Below are positions 53,413 to 62,031 of a DNA stretch of 64,000 nucleotides, piece after piece. The DNA is taken from NCBI GenBank assembly GCA_020851565.1, contig JADZCN010000114.1:30361-94360 (forward strand), read 5' to 3'. The notes beneath the pieces were generated by a model. The model made no database searches. It saw nothing but the letters and a program-made list of their open reading frames with translations, and was not told the origin of the DNA. The stretch's first letter is position 1. Each line of letters starts with the position of its first letter. This DNA is from Acidobacteriota bacterium. GTDB lineage: Bacteria; Acidobacteriota; Vicinamibacteria; Vicinamibacterales; UBA2999. Position numbers and translations under genes: made by a program.

Positions 53413-54624
53413 GGGCGTGACGAGCCAGAGCCAGGCGGCCGCCAGCGCGAGGGTGGCGAGCGTAACCGGGATGCCGATGCGGGCGTGGGTGCGCCAGTCG
53501 ATCTCCACTCCGAGCCGGCGCGCCTGGTCCACCACGATGATGTTGGCGATGCTGCCGACGATGAGCAGGTTGCCGGCAAGGGTGGAGGCCAGCGCCAGCA
53601 CCGGGCCCGCCAGCTCGTGTGAGGCCACCGGGAGGAGCAGCATGACGGCCGGGACGTTCGACACCAGGTTGGACAGCACCGCGGTGACGCCGAAGAGCAC
53701 TCCGGGGTGCGCAAGGTCGAGGTTGGCCATCCGGAATCCCATGAGCACGCCGCCCAGCGCGCCCGATTGGGCGAACGCCGCGTTCACGATGAAGAGCCCG
53801 GCGAAGAGCACCAGCAGGTGCCAGTCCACCAGCCCCAGCATCTCGCGCGAGGCCATCTGCCCGGACACCAGCAGCACGCCCCCGGCCGCCAGCGCCACCT
53901 CTTCGCGCGGCCAGCCCGTGAACAGGAATGCGGCCATGACGAGCAGAACGACGACGAGTCCCTTGAGTGTCTGCCAGCGGTCATAGGGTGGCGCCGACAC
54001 CACCGGGACCGGCATCGCCCTGAGCCAGCGTCCGCGCCAGGCCAGCTCGATGGCCGCCCACACCACGACGAGCCCGACCAGCGCGGGGACGCCGCCGTCC
54101 CAGAGGTAGCGGGAGAACGAGAGGTCGAGCACCTCGCCGATCAGCATGTTCTGCGGGTTGCCGATGAGCGTGGCGGCCGAGCCCACGTTCGATGCGCACG
54201 CGAGGCCGATGAGGAACGGCACGGGGTTCAGGCCGCGGCGCGCGGCGATCTCGACCAGCACCGGCGCCATCGCGAGGCAGACGATGTCGTTGGCGAGCAC
54301 CGCAGAGAGCACGCCGGCCGTGCCGATGACCAGGGCGAGCAGGGCGCGCGGCGTGTGGTCGGAGGCGCCGAGCCCCCGGGTGACCGCTGTGTAGAACCCC
54401 CCGAGCCGGAACTGAGCTGACACCACCATGAGCCCCAGCAGCAGCGCCATCGTCGGCACGTCGATGGCGGCCCAGGCGTCGTCGAGCGTGATGCGCTCGG
54501 TGGAGATGAGCGCGATCGCGCCAAGAAGCGCGATGCCCGTCCGATCCAGCTTCAGCCCGGGGAACTCCCCGAGCATCATGCCCAGGTAGACGAGCGCGAA
54601 GACTCCTACAACGACGTAGTCCAT
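53410..54624 (-). CDS. ArsB/NhaD-superfamily (citrate/anion transporter-like) permease
   Basis: 404 aa, highly hydrophobic with about 10-12 TM segments. The N-terminus MDYVVVGVFALVYLGMMLGEFPGLKLDRTGIALLGA is typical of CitMHS/ArsB-like anion permeases. Confidence 0.7.
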   Translation of the reverse strand: MDYVVVGVFALVYLGMMLGEFPGLKLDRTGIALLGAIALISTERITLDDAWAAIDVPTMALLLGLMVVSAQFRLGGFYTAVTRGLGASDHTPRALLALVIGTAGVLSAVLANDIVCLAMAPVLVEIAARRGLNPVPFLIGLACASNVGSAATLIGNPQNMLIGEVLDLSFSRYLWDGGVPALVGLVVVWAAIELAWRGRWLRAMPVPVVSAPPYDRWQTLKGLVVVLLVMAAFLFTGWPREEVALAAGGVLLVSGQMASREMLGLVDWHLLVLFAGLFIVNAAFAQSGALGGVLMGFRMANLDLAHPGVLFGVTAVLSNLVSNVPAVMLLLPVASHELAGPVLALASTLAGNLLIVGSIANIIVVDQARRLGVEIDWRTHARIGIPVTLATLALAAAWLWLVTP

Positions 54625-54642
54625 TCAGGCGGAACTCTTCTC

Positions 54643-54807
54643 GTGCGGGCAGGTGCGAACAGGTGCGGGCAGGTGCGGCAGGTGCGGGCAGGTTCGGACG
54701 GGCGCCGGCAACTGCGGGCCGTGGAGTCCTGCCTGTTCGCACCTGCCGGCACCCGCCCGCACCCGATCGCACCCGTCAGCACCCGTTCGCACCCGCTCGC
54801 ACCCGTC
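54643..54807. repeat. Inverted arrays of the GTGCGGGCRG 10-mer family (long imperfect hairpin)
   Basis: Left arm GTGCGGGCAGGTGCGAACAGGTGCGGGCAGGTGCGGCAGGTGCGGGCAGG (54643-54700). Right arm CCTGCCTGTTCGCACCTGCCGGCACCCGCCCGCACCCGATCGCACCCGTCAGCACCCGTTCGCACCCGCTCGCACCCGTC (54728-54807). It sits between a gene end (54806) and the next gene start (54624) on the minus strand. Confidence 0.85.
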
Positions 54808-56545
54808 AATACTTCCAGCTCTTCAAATCCGCCCCAGGCGGTGCGGTCTTCTCCATCCGCTCCACCGCCTTGGGGATGAACATCTGGTGATAGCGGAGGC
54901 GCGAGAGGGCATTGGGCCGCGTCGGATCGCCATTCCAGCAGTGCTCCGCGCGATCGCCGTAGGCCACTTCGCCGTTGTAGTAAGGCTTCGTCGTGGACTC
55001 GAGGAACTGCTCGGCGAGGTAGACCGCGTTGTTCAGGTAGTAGTTGTCCATGTCGCCGACATAGAGGTGGAGCTTGCCTTCGAGCTTTGCGCCGAGCCCC
55101 TTCTCCCAGTCACGCTGAAGGATGTGCACGAGATCGAAGTTCTCGCGCCAGTACTCGGCGACCTTCTTGTCGATCACGCCGGTGCGCTTGTCCCAGATGC
55201 GTGCGGGGTAGCCGTCTGGACCGACGGGTGAATACGTGGCCTCCCACACGTCCCACTGCTGGCCCGAGCGCGTCCTCGTGCCCAGCACCAGCTCCAGCCG
55301 GTTCATCTCCTCGAGCGTGGCGTCCACGTGCCCGAGGTAGTTGCGATGTCCGGGTCGGGCCGTCTTCTTCCAGTCCCCCTCGACGAAGTACGCATTGCGG
55401 TCCTCGTAGAGGTTCACGACGGTGTAGGCGCGGAAGTCGATGGGATCCGGGCAGGCGATGTAGGCGCCGTTGAAGTCGTCGGGGTAGAAGACCTGGGCCG
55501 CCATGGCCTCCCACCCGCCGGTGGATCCGCCGTACATGAAGCGCGCCCAGCCCTGCCCGATGCCGCGGTACTTCTTCTCGATGTAGGGCAGCAGTTCCTT
55601 GACGATGGCGTCGCCCCACGGGCCGGCGTTGGCGGAGTTCACGGCGTAGCTGTCGTCGTAGAAGGGCGTCGGGTGCTGGATCTCGATGACGATGGCGCGC
55701 GGGAAGCCCGGGCCGGTCCACTCCTTGTAGAACTGGTGCGCGTACTGCTGCTGGATGCGGTTGTAGCCCGCGAGGTTGAAGCGCGCGGCGAAGTCCGGTT
55801 TCAAGTTGGGGTCCGGCGGCTCCGGGCGGAAGCCGGTGAAGGTGTACGGGAAGTGCCCGTGGTCGATGAAGAGCGGGTAGCGCGCGTCCGGATGCGTGTC
55901 CCACCCCTCGGGCAGCAGGACGTTGGCGCCAAGGTGCATGGGACGGCCCCAGAACTTCGTCAGCAGCGCGCTCTGGATGCGCTCGTGGCGGATGTACTTC
56001 GTGTCGGTTGGCGGCGGAATGGGTGGAATCACCTTGTCCAGCGTGATCTCCACGGCCTCGCCGTTCGGGTCCACCCGGACTTCGACCGGCGTGCTGTACA
56101 GATTGCCGGGCGCCTGGTTCCACTGCTGGCCCTCGCCGCGATCCATCGGCAGCTTCACCGTGAAGCCGTCGGCCCGCTTGAAGGTCTCGTACTTGTGCAG
56201 GAGCGCCTGCACCGTGTAGGTGCCCGCCGGGATCTGCGAGATGCTGGCAAGGGGAAAGCCTGGCACCGCGGGATCGATCACGACCGACGTCGTGCCCTTC
56301 CACCCCTCCACGTCCACGCCGAAGATCTGCTGCGCGTTGGCGCCAGTGCCGATCTGGAAGCGAGGCTCGCCGCGCCGGCCATCCTTTGCCAGCATCAGGA
56401 GCAGGCGCCCGTCCTCGACACCCGGGTGTCCCGGAGGAAGGTTCACGAAGAAGAGGAGCGAACCGGGCTGTGCGGCGCGCGTGTCCATCCACGCAACCGT
56501 GCAGGCCAGTGCCAGGGCGAGCACAAACATTCGAGCGCGTTGCAT
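54806..56545 (-). CDS. Secreted alpha/beta-hydrolase-like putative esterase
   Basis: In-frame part of ORF 54806..56629 from the ATG at 56545, with signal peptide MQRARMFVLALALACTVAWMDTRAAQ. GxSxG-like nucleophile elbow in FMYGGSTGGWEAM. TACACT lies 7 nt upstream of the ATG. The family assignment is tentative. Confidence 0.6.
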   Translation of the reverse strand: MQRARMFVLALALACTVAWMDTRAAQPGSLLFFVNLPPGHPGVEDGRLLLMLAKDGRRGEPRFQIGTGANAQQIFGVDVEGWKGTTSVVIDPAVPGFPLASISQIPAGTYTVQALLHKYETFKRADGFTVKLPMDRGEGQQWNQAPGNLYSTPVEVRVDPNGEAVEITLDKVIPPIPPPTDTKYIRHERIQSALLTKFWGRPMHLGANVLLPEGWDTHPDARYPLFIDHGHFPYTFTGFRPEPPDPNLKPDFAARFNLAGYNRIQQQYAHQFYKEWTGPGFPRAIVIEIQHPTPFYDDSYAVNSANAGPWGDAIVKELLPYIEKKYRGIGQGWARFMYGGSTGGWEAMAAQVFYPDDFNGAYIACPDPIDFRAYTVVNLYEDRNAYFVEGDWKKTARPGHRNYLGHVDATLEEMNRLELVLGTRTRSGQQWDVWEATYSPVGPDGYPARIWDKRTGVIDKKVAEYWRENFDLVHILQRDWEKGLGAKLEGKLHLYVGDMDNYYLNNAVYLAEQFLESTTKPYYNGEVAYGDRAEHCWNGDPTRPNALSRLRYHQMFIPKAVERMEKTAPPGADLKSWKY

Positions 56546-56575
56546 GCGGCGGAGTGTAGCATTCAGTGGCGAACA

Positions 56576-56642
56576 GGGGTGCAGGGTGCAGGGGTGCAGG
56601 TGCAGGGGGCAAGGGTGCGGAGGGTGCAAGGGTGCGGAGGGA
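56576..56642. repeat. 8-bp unit array GGGTGCAG/GGGTGCAA/GGGTGCGGA
   Basis: GGGGTGCAGGGTGCAGGGGTGCAGGTGCAGGGGGCAAGGGTGCGGAGGGTGCAAGGGTGCGGAGGG. It lies in the divergent gap between 56545 (-) and 56655 (+). Confidence 0.9.
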
Positions 56643-56654
56643 AGCGCGGGTTGT

Positions 56655-57593
56655 ATGACGAGTGAGGCTGGGCGTCATCGTGTGGCCGGCATCGCGGTGT
56701 GTGTCGCGCTGCTCGTGGCAGGCCTCGCAGGACAGGAGCTGCCTCGGCCCCTCGGCCGGGTCAACGACTTCGCGGCGCTGCTGAAGGCCGATCAGCAGCA
56801 GGCGCTCGAGACGCTCCTCGAGGGCCTCGAGCGCGACACGACGGCGGAGGTGGCCCTGGTCACCGTGCGCGAGCTCGGTGGCGTGTCCGTCGAAGAGTAC
56901 GCGAATCGGCTGTTCAACGAGTGGGGCATCGGTCAGAAGGGCAAGGACAACGGCGTGCTCATCCTCGTGGCGCTGAGGGACCGCGAGATGCGCATCGAGG
57001 TGGGGTACGGCCTCGAGGGCGTCCTGCCCGACGGGCTCGCCGGCGAGATCATCCGCGAGAACTTCACGCCGCACTTCCGGGAGAATCGATACGCGGAGGG
57101 GATCGCCGAGGGCACAGCGCGCGTGGTCGACATCGTGCGGCGCAACGAGACGCTCACCGCCGAGCAGCTGGCCGCCATCGATGCCGCGGCGCACGAGGCC
57201 ACCACGTCGTGGGGCGTGGCCGCGATGCTGAGCCTGTTCGTCGGCATCGGCGCGTTCACCTCCGGCACCGCCGCCGGCGCCAAGGCCATCTCGCAACTGC
57301 TCTTCGGGCTGGTCTTCACCGGTATCGCCCTGTTCATGGGAATGATGGGCGCCCCGCGGCTCGCGGTGGTGCTGCTGTTCCTCTTCGCGGCGGGTGTCGC
57401 CGTGCTGGGATTCGTCCTCGGGCGACGGCCGTCGTGGCGCAGGAGCATCCGAGGGACGGGCAAAGGGGCCGGCGGATCGGGCTGGGTCGTTGGCGGAGGC
57501 GGCGGGTCGGGCTCGTCGGGAAGCAGCGGGGGCGGATCGAGCAGCTTCGGCGGCGGACGTTCAGGCGGCGGGGGCGCGAGCGGGCGGTGGTGA
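56655..57593 (+). CDS. TPM domain-containing protein (YgcG/TLP18.3-like), paralog 1
   Basis: In-frame part of ORF 56220..57593 from the ATG at 56655. Signal/TM segment, then the TPM core RVNDFAALL..TTAEVALVTV..SVEEYANRLFNEWGIGQKGKDNGVLILVALRDREMRIEVGYGLEGVLPDG. Three or four TM helices and a Gly/Ser-rich tail ending GGGASGRW. Confidence 0.85.
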   Translation: MTSEAGRHRVAGIAVCVALLVAGLAGQELPRPLGRVNDFAALLKADQQQALETLLEGLERDTTAEVALVTVRELGGVSVEEYANRLFNEWGIGQKGKDNGVLILVALRDREMRIEVGYGLEGVLPDGLAGEIIRENFTPHFRENRYAEGIAEGTARVVDIVRRNETLTAEQLAAIDAAAHEATTSWGVAAMLSLFVGIGAFTSGTAAGAKAISQLLFGLVFTGIALFMGMMGAPRLAVVLLFLFAAGVAVLGFVLGRRPSWRRSIRGTGKGAGGSGWVVGGGGGSGSSGSSGGGSSSFGGGRSGGGGASGRW

Positions 57594-57625
57594 CCGCGTC
57601 GGGAGTCGGGCGTCGAGCCTCCGGG

Positions 57626-58591
57626 GTGAACCATGAAGGGCGTGGCCGATTGACGAGAGGTGCCTTGCTGCTCGCTGCAGGCGTGCTGCTGGCCGTGGGC
57701 ACGCTTCACGGACAGTTCCCAGAGCCTCGCGGTGCGATCAATGACTTCGCCGACCTCCTCACCGACGCCGAGGAGCGCACGCTGTCCGACCTCGCAGAGG
57801 CGGTCGAGGGCGAGACCACGGCCGAGATTGCCGTCGCCACCGTCACCTCGCTCGACGGCATGTCGGTCGAGGAGTATGCCAACCGGCTGTTCGCGCAGTG
57901 GGGGATCGGCCAGGCCGACAAGGACAACGGCGTCCTCATCCTCGTGGCACCGAACGAGCGGGAGATGCGCATCGAGGTCGGCTATGGCCTCGAAGAGGTC
58001 CTGCCGGACGGCCTGGCGGGACAGATCATCCGCGAGTCGTTCACGCCCGCCTTCCGCGACGGCGAGTACGCCCGTGGCATCCTCGACGGCACCTCGCGCG
58101 TCGCCGCCATCGTCAGGCGCAACCAGCCGCTGACCGCCGATCAGATCGCCGCGCTGGACCGCGCCGCAACGACTGAGTCCGACGTGCCCATCGAATGGCT
58201 GCTCGTACCGTTCTTCGGGCTCTTCGTGGCGATTGGCGGCGGGTTCGGTGGCGCCGGCATCGGGTCGCGCACGCTGGGCCTCGTCTTCTTCGCACTGGTA
58301 TTCGCCGGCATCCCGATGGCGATGGCCCTCCTCATCGTCTCGCGCACGGGGGTGTGGATCCTGGTGGCCCTCGGCGTCGTGGCCTTCATCGTGGGAGTGC
58401 TCATCGGCCGGAACCCGAAATATCGGGCCGAACTGCGCGGTTCGCGGGGGACCTCGAAACGGGGCTGGGTCTGGGGACAGGGAGGAAGCGGCGGGAGTGG
58501 ACGCGGGTCGTCCGGCTGGTCGGGCGGAGGCTCGTCGGGCGGCTTCAGCGGCGGCAGCTCCGGCGGCGGCGGCGCCAGCGGGCGGTGGTAG
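57626..58591 (+). CDS. TPM domain-containing protein (YgcG/TLP18.3-like), paralog 2
   Basis: In-frame C-terminal part of ORF 56699..58591. The start is GTG 57626 or TTG 57650. Same architecture as paralog 1 (AINDFADLL..TTAEIAVATV..SVEEYANRLFAQWGIGQADKDNGVLILVAPNEREMRIEVGYGLEEVLPDG; tail GGGASGRW). Confidence 0.8.
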   Translation: MNHEGRGRLTRGALLLAAGVLLAVGTLHGQFPEPRGAINDFADLLTDAEERTLSDLAEAVEGETTAEIAVATVTSLDGMSVEEYANRLFAQWGIGQADKDNGVLILVAPNEREMRIEVGYGLEEVLPDGLAGQIIRESFTPAFRDGEYARGILDGTSRVAAIVRRNQPLTADQIAALDRAATTESDVPIEWLLVPFFGLFVAIGGGFGGAGIGSRTLGLVFFALVFAGIPMAMALLIVSRTGVWILVALGVVAFIVGVLIGRNPKYRAELRGSRGTSKRGWVWGQGGSGGSGRGSSGWSGGGSSGGFSGGSSGGGGASGRW

Positions 58592-58625
58592 GTCGACGTG
58601 GGCCGGAGGTCGGGAGTCGGGACGC

Positions 58626-58688
58626 GGAACCCCAGAACCCCAGAACCCCAGAACCCGAGAACCCGAGAACCCCAGAACCCGAGAACCT
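58626..58688. repeat. 8-bp unit array CCCCAGAA / CCCGAGAA
   Basis: GGAACCCCAGAACCCCAGAACCCCAGAACCCGAGAACCCGAGAACCCCAGAACCCGAGAACC. It lies between convergent ends. The stop (CTA 58687-89) of the minus-strand gene abuts the last unit. Same unit as 47573-47640. Confidence 0.95.
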
Positions 58689-59202
58689 ACTTCTTCCTGA
58701 CCACCCGATACACACCCTCATGGTTCGGCTTGCCCTTCTCCCAGTTGCCCCACGTCGCGCGGATCTCGTCCGGCCCCAGGAACTCGAACTTCACTGAGTG
58801 CATGTGCGAGGTGACGGCCGGATCGATGTTCGTGCCGCCGTCGAAATCGAAGGCAAGGGTGTTGCCGCTTACGGTCTTCGCCCGCATCCGCGGCTGGTTG
58901 CCGGCGGAACAGTAGTGCGTGAGGACGAGGTCGTCGCCGTCCTTGTGATACACCGTCACCATCTCGGCAGGAGTACCGACGGGGAAGGTCTCGACGACGG
59001 TCGTGCCGCCCCCGGTGATGCGGTAGGTCACGGCGACGGCGCCCTTCTCGCCGAAGATCCCGTCCGGGTCAATCCACTCGCCCTCGAGCGCCTTCAGGCG
59101 TTCGAACGCCGTGGCCGCCGGCGCCTCCTGCGCGTAGGCCCGGTCAACCAGGGGGAGAGCGGGCAACGCCATCGCTGTCGCCAATACGAGCACTCGAATC
59201 AT
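58687..59202 (-). CDS. Secreted hypothetical protein (possibly DUF1579-like beta-barrel)
   Basis: In-frame part of ORF 58687..59244 from the ATG at 59202, with AGGAGA SD. Signal peptide MIRVLVLATAMALPALPLVDRAYAQ. The motif LTHYCSAGNQPRM recalls DUF1579-type proteins; this is from memory and low certainty. Confidence 0.55.
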   Translation of the reverse strand: MIRVLVLATAMALPALPLVDRAYAQEAPAATAFERLKALEGEWIDPDGIFGEKGAVAVTYRITGGGTTVVETFPVGTPAEMVTVYHKDGDDLVLTHYCSAGNQPRMRAKTVSGNTLAFDFDGGTNIDPAVTSHMHSVKFEFLGPDEIRATWGNWEKGKPNHEGVYRVVRKK

Positions 59203-59285
59203 GGCTTGAATCTCCTGCCTGTCCTGTTCAACGACGACGGGCATGACGTGTACCGACTCCCGACGGCGATCCCCTCCCGGCCGCG

Positions 59286-60908
59286 TCAGGCCCTGATCCT
59301 GAAATTCCTCATCATCCCCATGTCCTCGTGCTCGAGGATGTGGCAGTGATAGAGGTACAGCCCCGGGTGCGTCGAGAAGGTCACCTGCACACGGACGGTC
59401 TCGCCGGGCAGGACCAGCACCGTGTCGGTGGCCGACGAGTCAGAGATGCCGTCGCGGAGGGCGTTGGCGTCGGCGCCGGTCCGTGACAGGACGCGGAACT
59501 GCGGCCCGTGCAGGTGGAGGGGATGCGCCATGGCCATCCCCATCGGGTTCGGCTCGTTGCGGAACTCCCAGACGTGCGTGGACCCGGGCGCGACCGTCTC
59601 CTCCGGCGCGACGCCCTCCATCTCGAACGTACGGCCGCCCAGCAGCCAGTTCATCTGCATGAAGGTGAGCGACACGCGGCGCACCGGCGCCTCCGGCTGG
59701 ACACGCCATTCCGCCGGGGGCGTGGCGAGCCGCTCGGGCAGGCGCACGCGCGGGCCCGAGGTGTTCGACACCTTCAATGTCATCAGCGTGAGCGGTGCCC
59801 CCTGCGGGAGCGGCCCGGTTTCGCCCATCATCCCCACGTGTCCGACCGCGGCCTCGGGGTACGCGACGCTCCGCAGCTGCAGCTCCGATCCGGCCGCGCG
59901 TTCCGAGAGATCCAGCACGACGTCCGCCCGCTGCCCGGGCGCCAGCGTGAGCGCCTTCATCTCGCGGGCGCGCTCGAGCAGGCCCCCGTCGCTGCCGATG
60001 ACGGTGACGGGCGTGTCGTCGCTCCACGCCAGCTTGTAGATGCGCGCGTTGGATCCGTTCAGCAGCCGCACCCGGTAGGTGCGGCGATCCACGTTGACGG
60101 TGGGCTGCGGCTGGCCGTTCACGAGCACGCGATCCCCGAGCCAGCCGTTCATGGTCTGCATCATCTCGGCCATGCCGCCGCCCATCCCCATGCCCATGCC
60201 GCGGCCGCCCTGGCCCCGGCCCATGCCGCCGCCCATCCCGCGCCCGCGGCCGCCGCCCATACCCATGCCGCCGCCGACGCTGCTCGCGTATACCAGCTGA
60301 TTGTTCGCATCGAAGCGCCGGTCCTGGAGCACGCACACCAGCTCGCCCGGGCCGGAGGGGAGGCCGAGTGCCTTCTCCTCGGGGTCGGAGACGATCAACA
60401 TGCCCGCGAGGCCCTGGTACACCTGCGCGCCGGTGCGCTGGTGAGGGTGCGGGTGATACCAGTAAGTGCCGGCGCGGTTGGTCACCTCGAAGTCGTAGAC
60501 GTACTCGCGCCCGCCGTTCACGGCGAGGCGCGGGTGCCCGTCGGCAAGCTCGGGCACATCCAGGCCGTGCCAGTGGACGATGGAAGGCTCGTCCAGCTGG
60601 TTGCGGAAGCGAATGCGCACGCGCTGGCCGCGCTCGAGCCGGATGATCGGGCCCAGCCACGACTCCGGAATGGCCTGCAGTGTCTCGGGCGCTCCCTTGA
60701 TCACGCGGCCCGTGAAGCGCCAGACCCGCGTGGGCGCGCCCTTCAGCACGCTCAGCTCGGCTGGTGAGGCGGTGAGCGCCAGCTCCACGTCCGGCGCGGG
60801 GCGAGCCTGGGCGGCGTCCAGGAGCGGCCGCGCATCCAGGCCGAGCGCCCCGAACGCGGACGCGAGTGGCGAAAGTCCCAGCAGCTTCAGTGCATCTCGG
60901 CGGTCCAT
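59286..60908 (-). CDS. Multicopper oxidase with Tat signal and Met/Gly-rich insert (CopA/CueO-like)
   Basis: 540 aa. Tat-like MDRRDALKLLGLSPLASAFG. Copper-ligand motifs are HWHGL, WYHPHPH, HPLHLHG and HCHILEHEDMGMM. The insert is GGGMGMGGGRGRGMGGGMGRGQGGRGMGMGMGGGMAEMM. Confidence 0.9.
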   Translation of the reverse strand: MDRRDALKLLGLSPLASAFGALGLDARPLLDAAQARPAPDVELALTASPAELSVLKGAPTRVWRFTGRVIKGAPETLQAIPESWLGPIIRLERGQRVRIRFRNQLDEPSIVHWHGLDVPELADGHPRLAVNGGREYVYDFEVTNRAGTYWYHPHPHQRTGAQVYQGLAGMLIVSDPEEKALGLPSGPGELVCVLQDRRFDANNQLVYASSVGGGMGMGGGRGRGMGGGMGRGQGGRGMGMGMGGGMAEMMQTMNGWLGDRVLVNGQPQPTVNVDRRTYRVRLLNGSNARIYKLAWSDDTPVTVIGSDGGLLERAREMKALTLAPGQRADVVLDLSERAAGSELQLRSVAYPEAAVGHVGMMGETGPLPQGAPLTLMTLKVSNTSGPRVRLPERLATPPAEWRVQPEAPVRRVSLTFMQMNWLLGGRTFEMEGVAPEETVAPGSTHVWEFRNEPNPMGMAMAHPLHLHGPQFRVLSRTGADANALRDGISDSSATDTVLVLPGETVRVQVTFSTHPGLYLYHCHILEHEDMGMMRNFRIRA

Positions 60909-61886
60909 CTACTTCGAGCCTCCCAGCAAAGCCATCAGCGCCCACGCGGTCGTGGACAACCGCTGTGTCGCGCTCTCCGCGGCGCCCCCACGCATGGTCG
61001 CGGGCCAGCTGCCATCGGCGCGCTGCTGCGCCGCCAGATACGCGCGCCCCTTCGCGATGGCGTCGCGGAGCTCCTCGGCGCGGTACGTGGAGCGGGCCAG
61101 CCGTGGATCGGTCTCCAGTTCCTGCAGCGCGATGAGCACGAGCGCGGTGTCGAAGACCGTGGCTGACTCCGCGCCAGGTTCGGCGCCCCATCCGCCGCTC
61201 TCGCGCTGCGCGAAGCGCAGCATGTTCAGCAGCTTCGCCCGCTGCTTGTCGGCCATCACGTCCGACGTGACGCCGAGGCCGAGGACGATGCCGGCGGCGT
61301 CGGAGACGGTGGAGGCCTCTGCCGTGCGAGTCCAGCGGTCCGTCTGTGCCACGGCGAAGTCGTCGGGCTCGCGCCCGGACGCGATGAGCGCCGTGCGGGC
61401 CATCCAGGTGGCGACGGCCGTGCCCCAGGTGAGTGGCGTGTGCGGCGGGTCGGACGCGTCGGGTACCCAGGACCCGTCCGGCATCTGGTCGGCCAGGATG
61501 ATCTTCGCCGCCTCGACGAGCGCCGGCGACGGGTTCAGGTCCTTTTCCGCGGCCGCGGCCAGCGCCGACACGAACTGCAGCCGCATCAGCACCTCATCGT
61601 CGCCGTGCCCCTTGTTGGTGTTCCAATCTGCCGGGGCCTCGAGGAAGGCGCGTGCGTCCTTCAGCGCGTCGCCGACGTCGTGGCCGCGATGTGCGGCCAT
61701 GAACAGCGCCCGTGTGGCGTCGCCGGTGTGGTGGCAGGAGGCGCAGCCGTTCCCGGCGCGCCACGCCGGGACCTGCTTCAGGAGGTACGCGACGGCTTTC
61801 GCCTCGGGTGTCGCGGGTGCCTGGGCCTGGGGGAGGGCCAGAGCCGCCACCCAGAGCGCGGCGGCGGCGGCGAAGAAGGACCTCAT
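60909..61886 (-). CDS. Secreted prenyltransferase/squalene-cyclase-repeat-like protein with a CxxCH haem-c-type motif
   Basis: 325 aa with signal peptide MRSFFAAAAALWVAALALPQAQA. NGCASCHH (CxxCH) lies near the N-terminus. Repeated DGSW/GGWG elements (QMPDGSWVPD, RESGGWGAEPG, QRADGSWPAT) are typical of alpha/alpha-toroid terpenoid-cyclase-like repeats. The stop TAG abuts the MCO ATG with 0-nt spacing. Confidence 0.65.
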   Translation of the reverse strand: MRSFFAAAAALWVAALALPQAQAPATPEAKAVAYLLKQVPAWRAGNGCASCHHTGDATRALFMAAHRGHDVGDALKDARAFLEAPADWNTNKGHGDDEVLMRLQFVSALAAAAEKDLNPSPALVEAAKIILADQMPDGSWVPDASDPPHTPLTWGTAVATWMARTALIASGREPDDFAVAQTDRWTRTAEASTVSDAAGIVLGLGVTSDVMADKQRAKLLNMLRFAQRESGGWGAEPGAESATVFDTALVLIALQELETDPRLARSTYRAEELRDAIAKGRAYLAAQQRADGSWPATMRGGAAESATQRLSTTAWALMALLGGSK

Positions 61887-61920
61887 GGAGAGATGGTACG
61901 CGAATCCGATGCCCTGTGAT

Positions 61921-62008
61921 TATCTGCGTCCATCTGCGTCCATCTGCGGCTTCTGCGTCGATCTGCGGCCATCTGCGTCCCTCTGCGGCTTCCGCGTCCC
62001 TCTGCGGC
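61921..62008. repeat. About 9 x 9/10-bp array CATCTGCGTC / CATCTGCGGC / CCTCTGCGGC
   Basis: TATCTGCGTCCATCTGCGTCCATCTGCGGCTTCTGCGTCGATCTGCGGCCATCTGCGTCCCTCTGCGGCTTCCGCGTCCCTCTGCGGCCC. It lies in the divergent gap between 61886 (-) and 62032 (+). Confidence 0.95.
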
Positions 62009-62031
62009 CCCGGCGTTACAATCAGCGTCGC

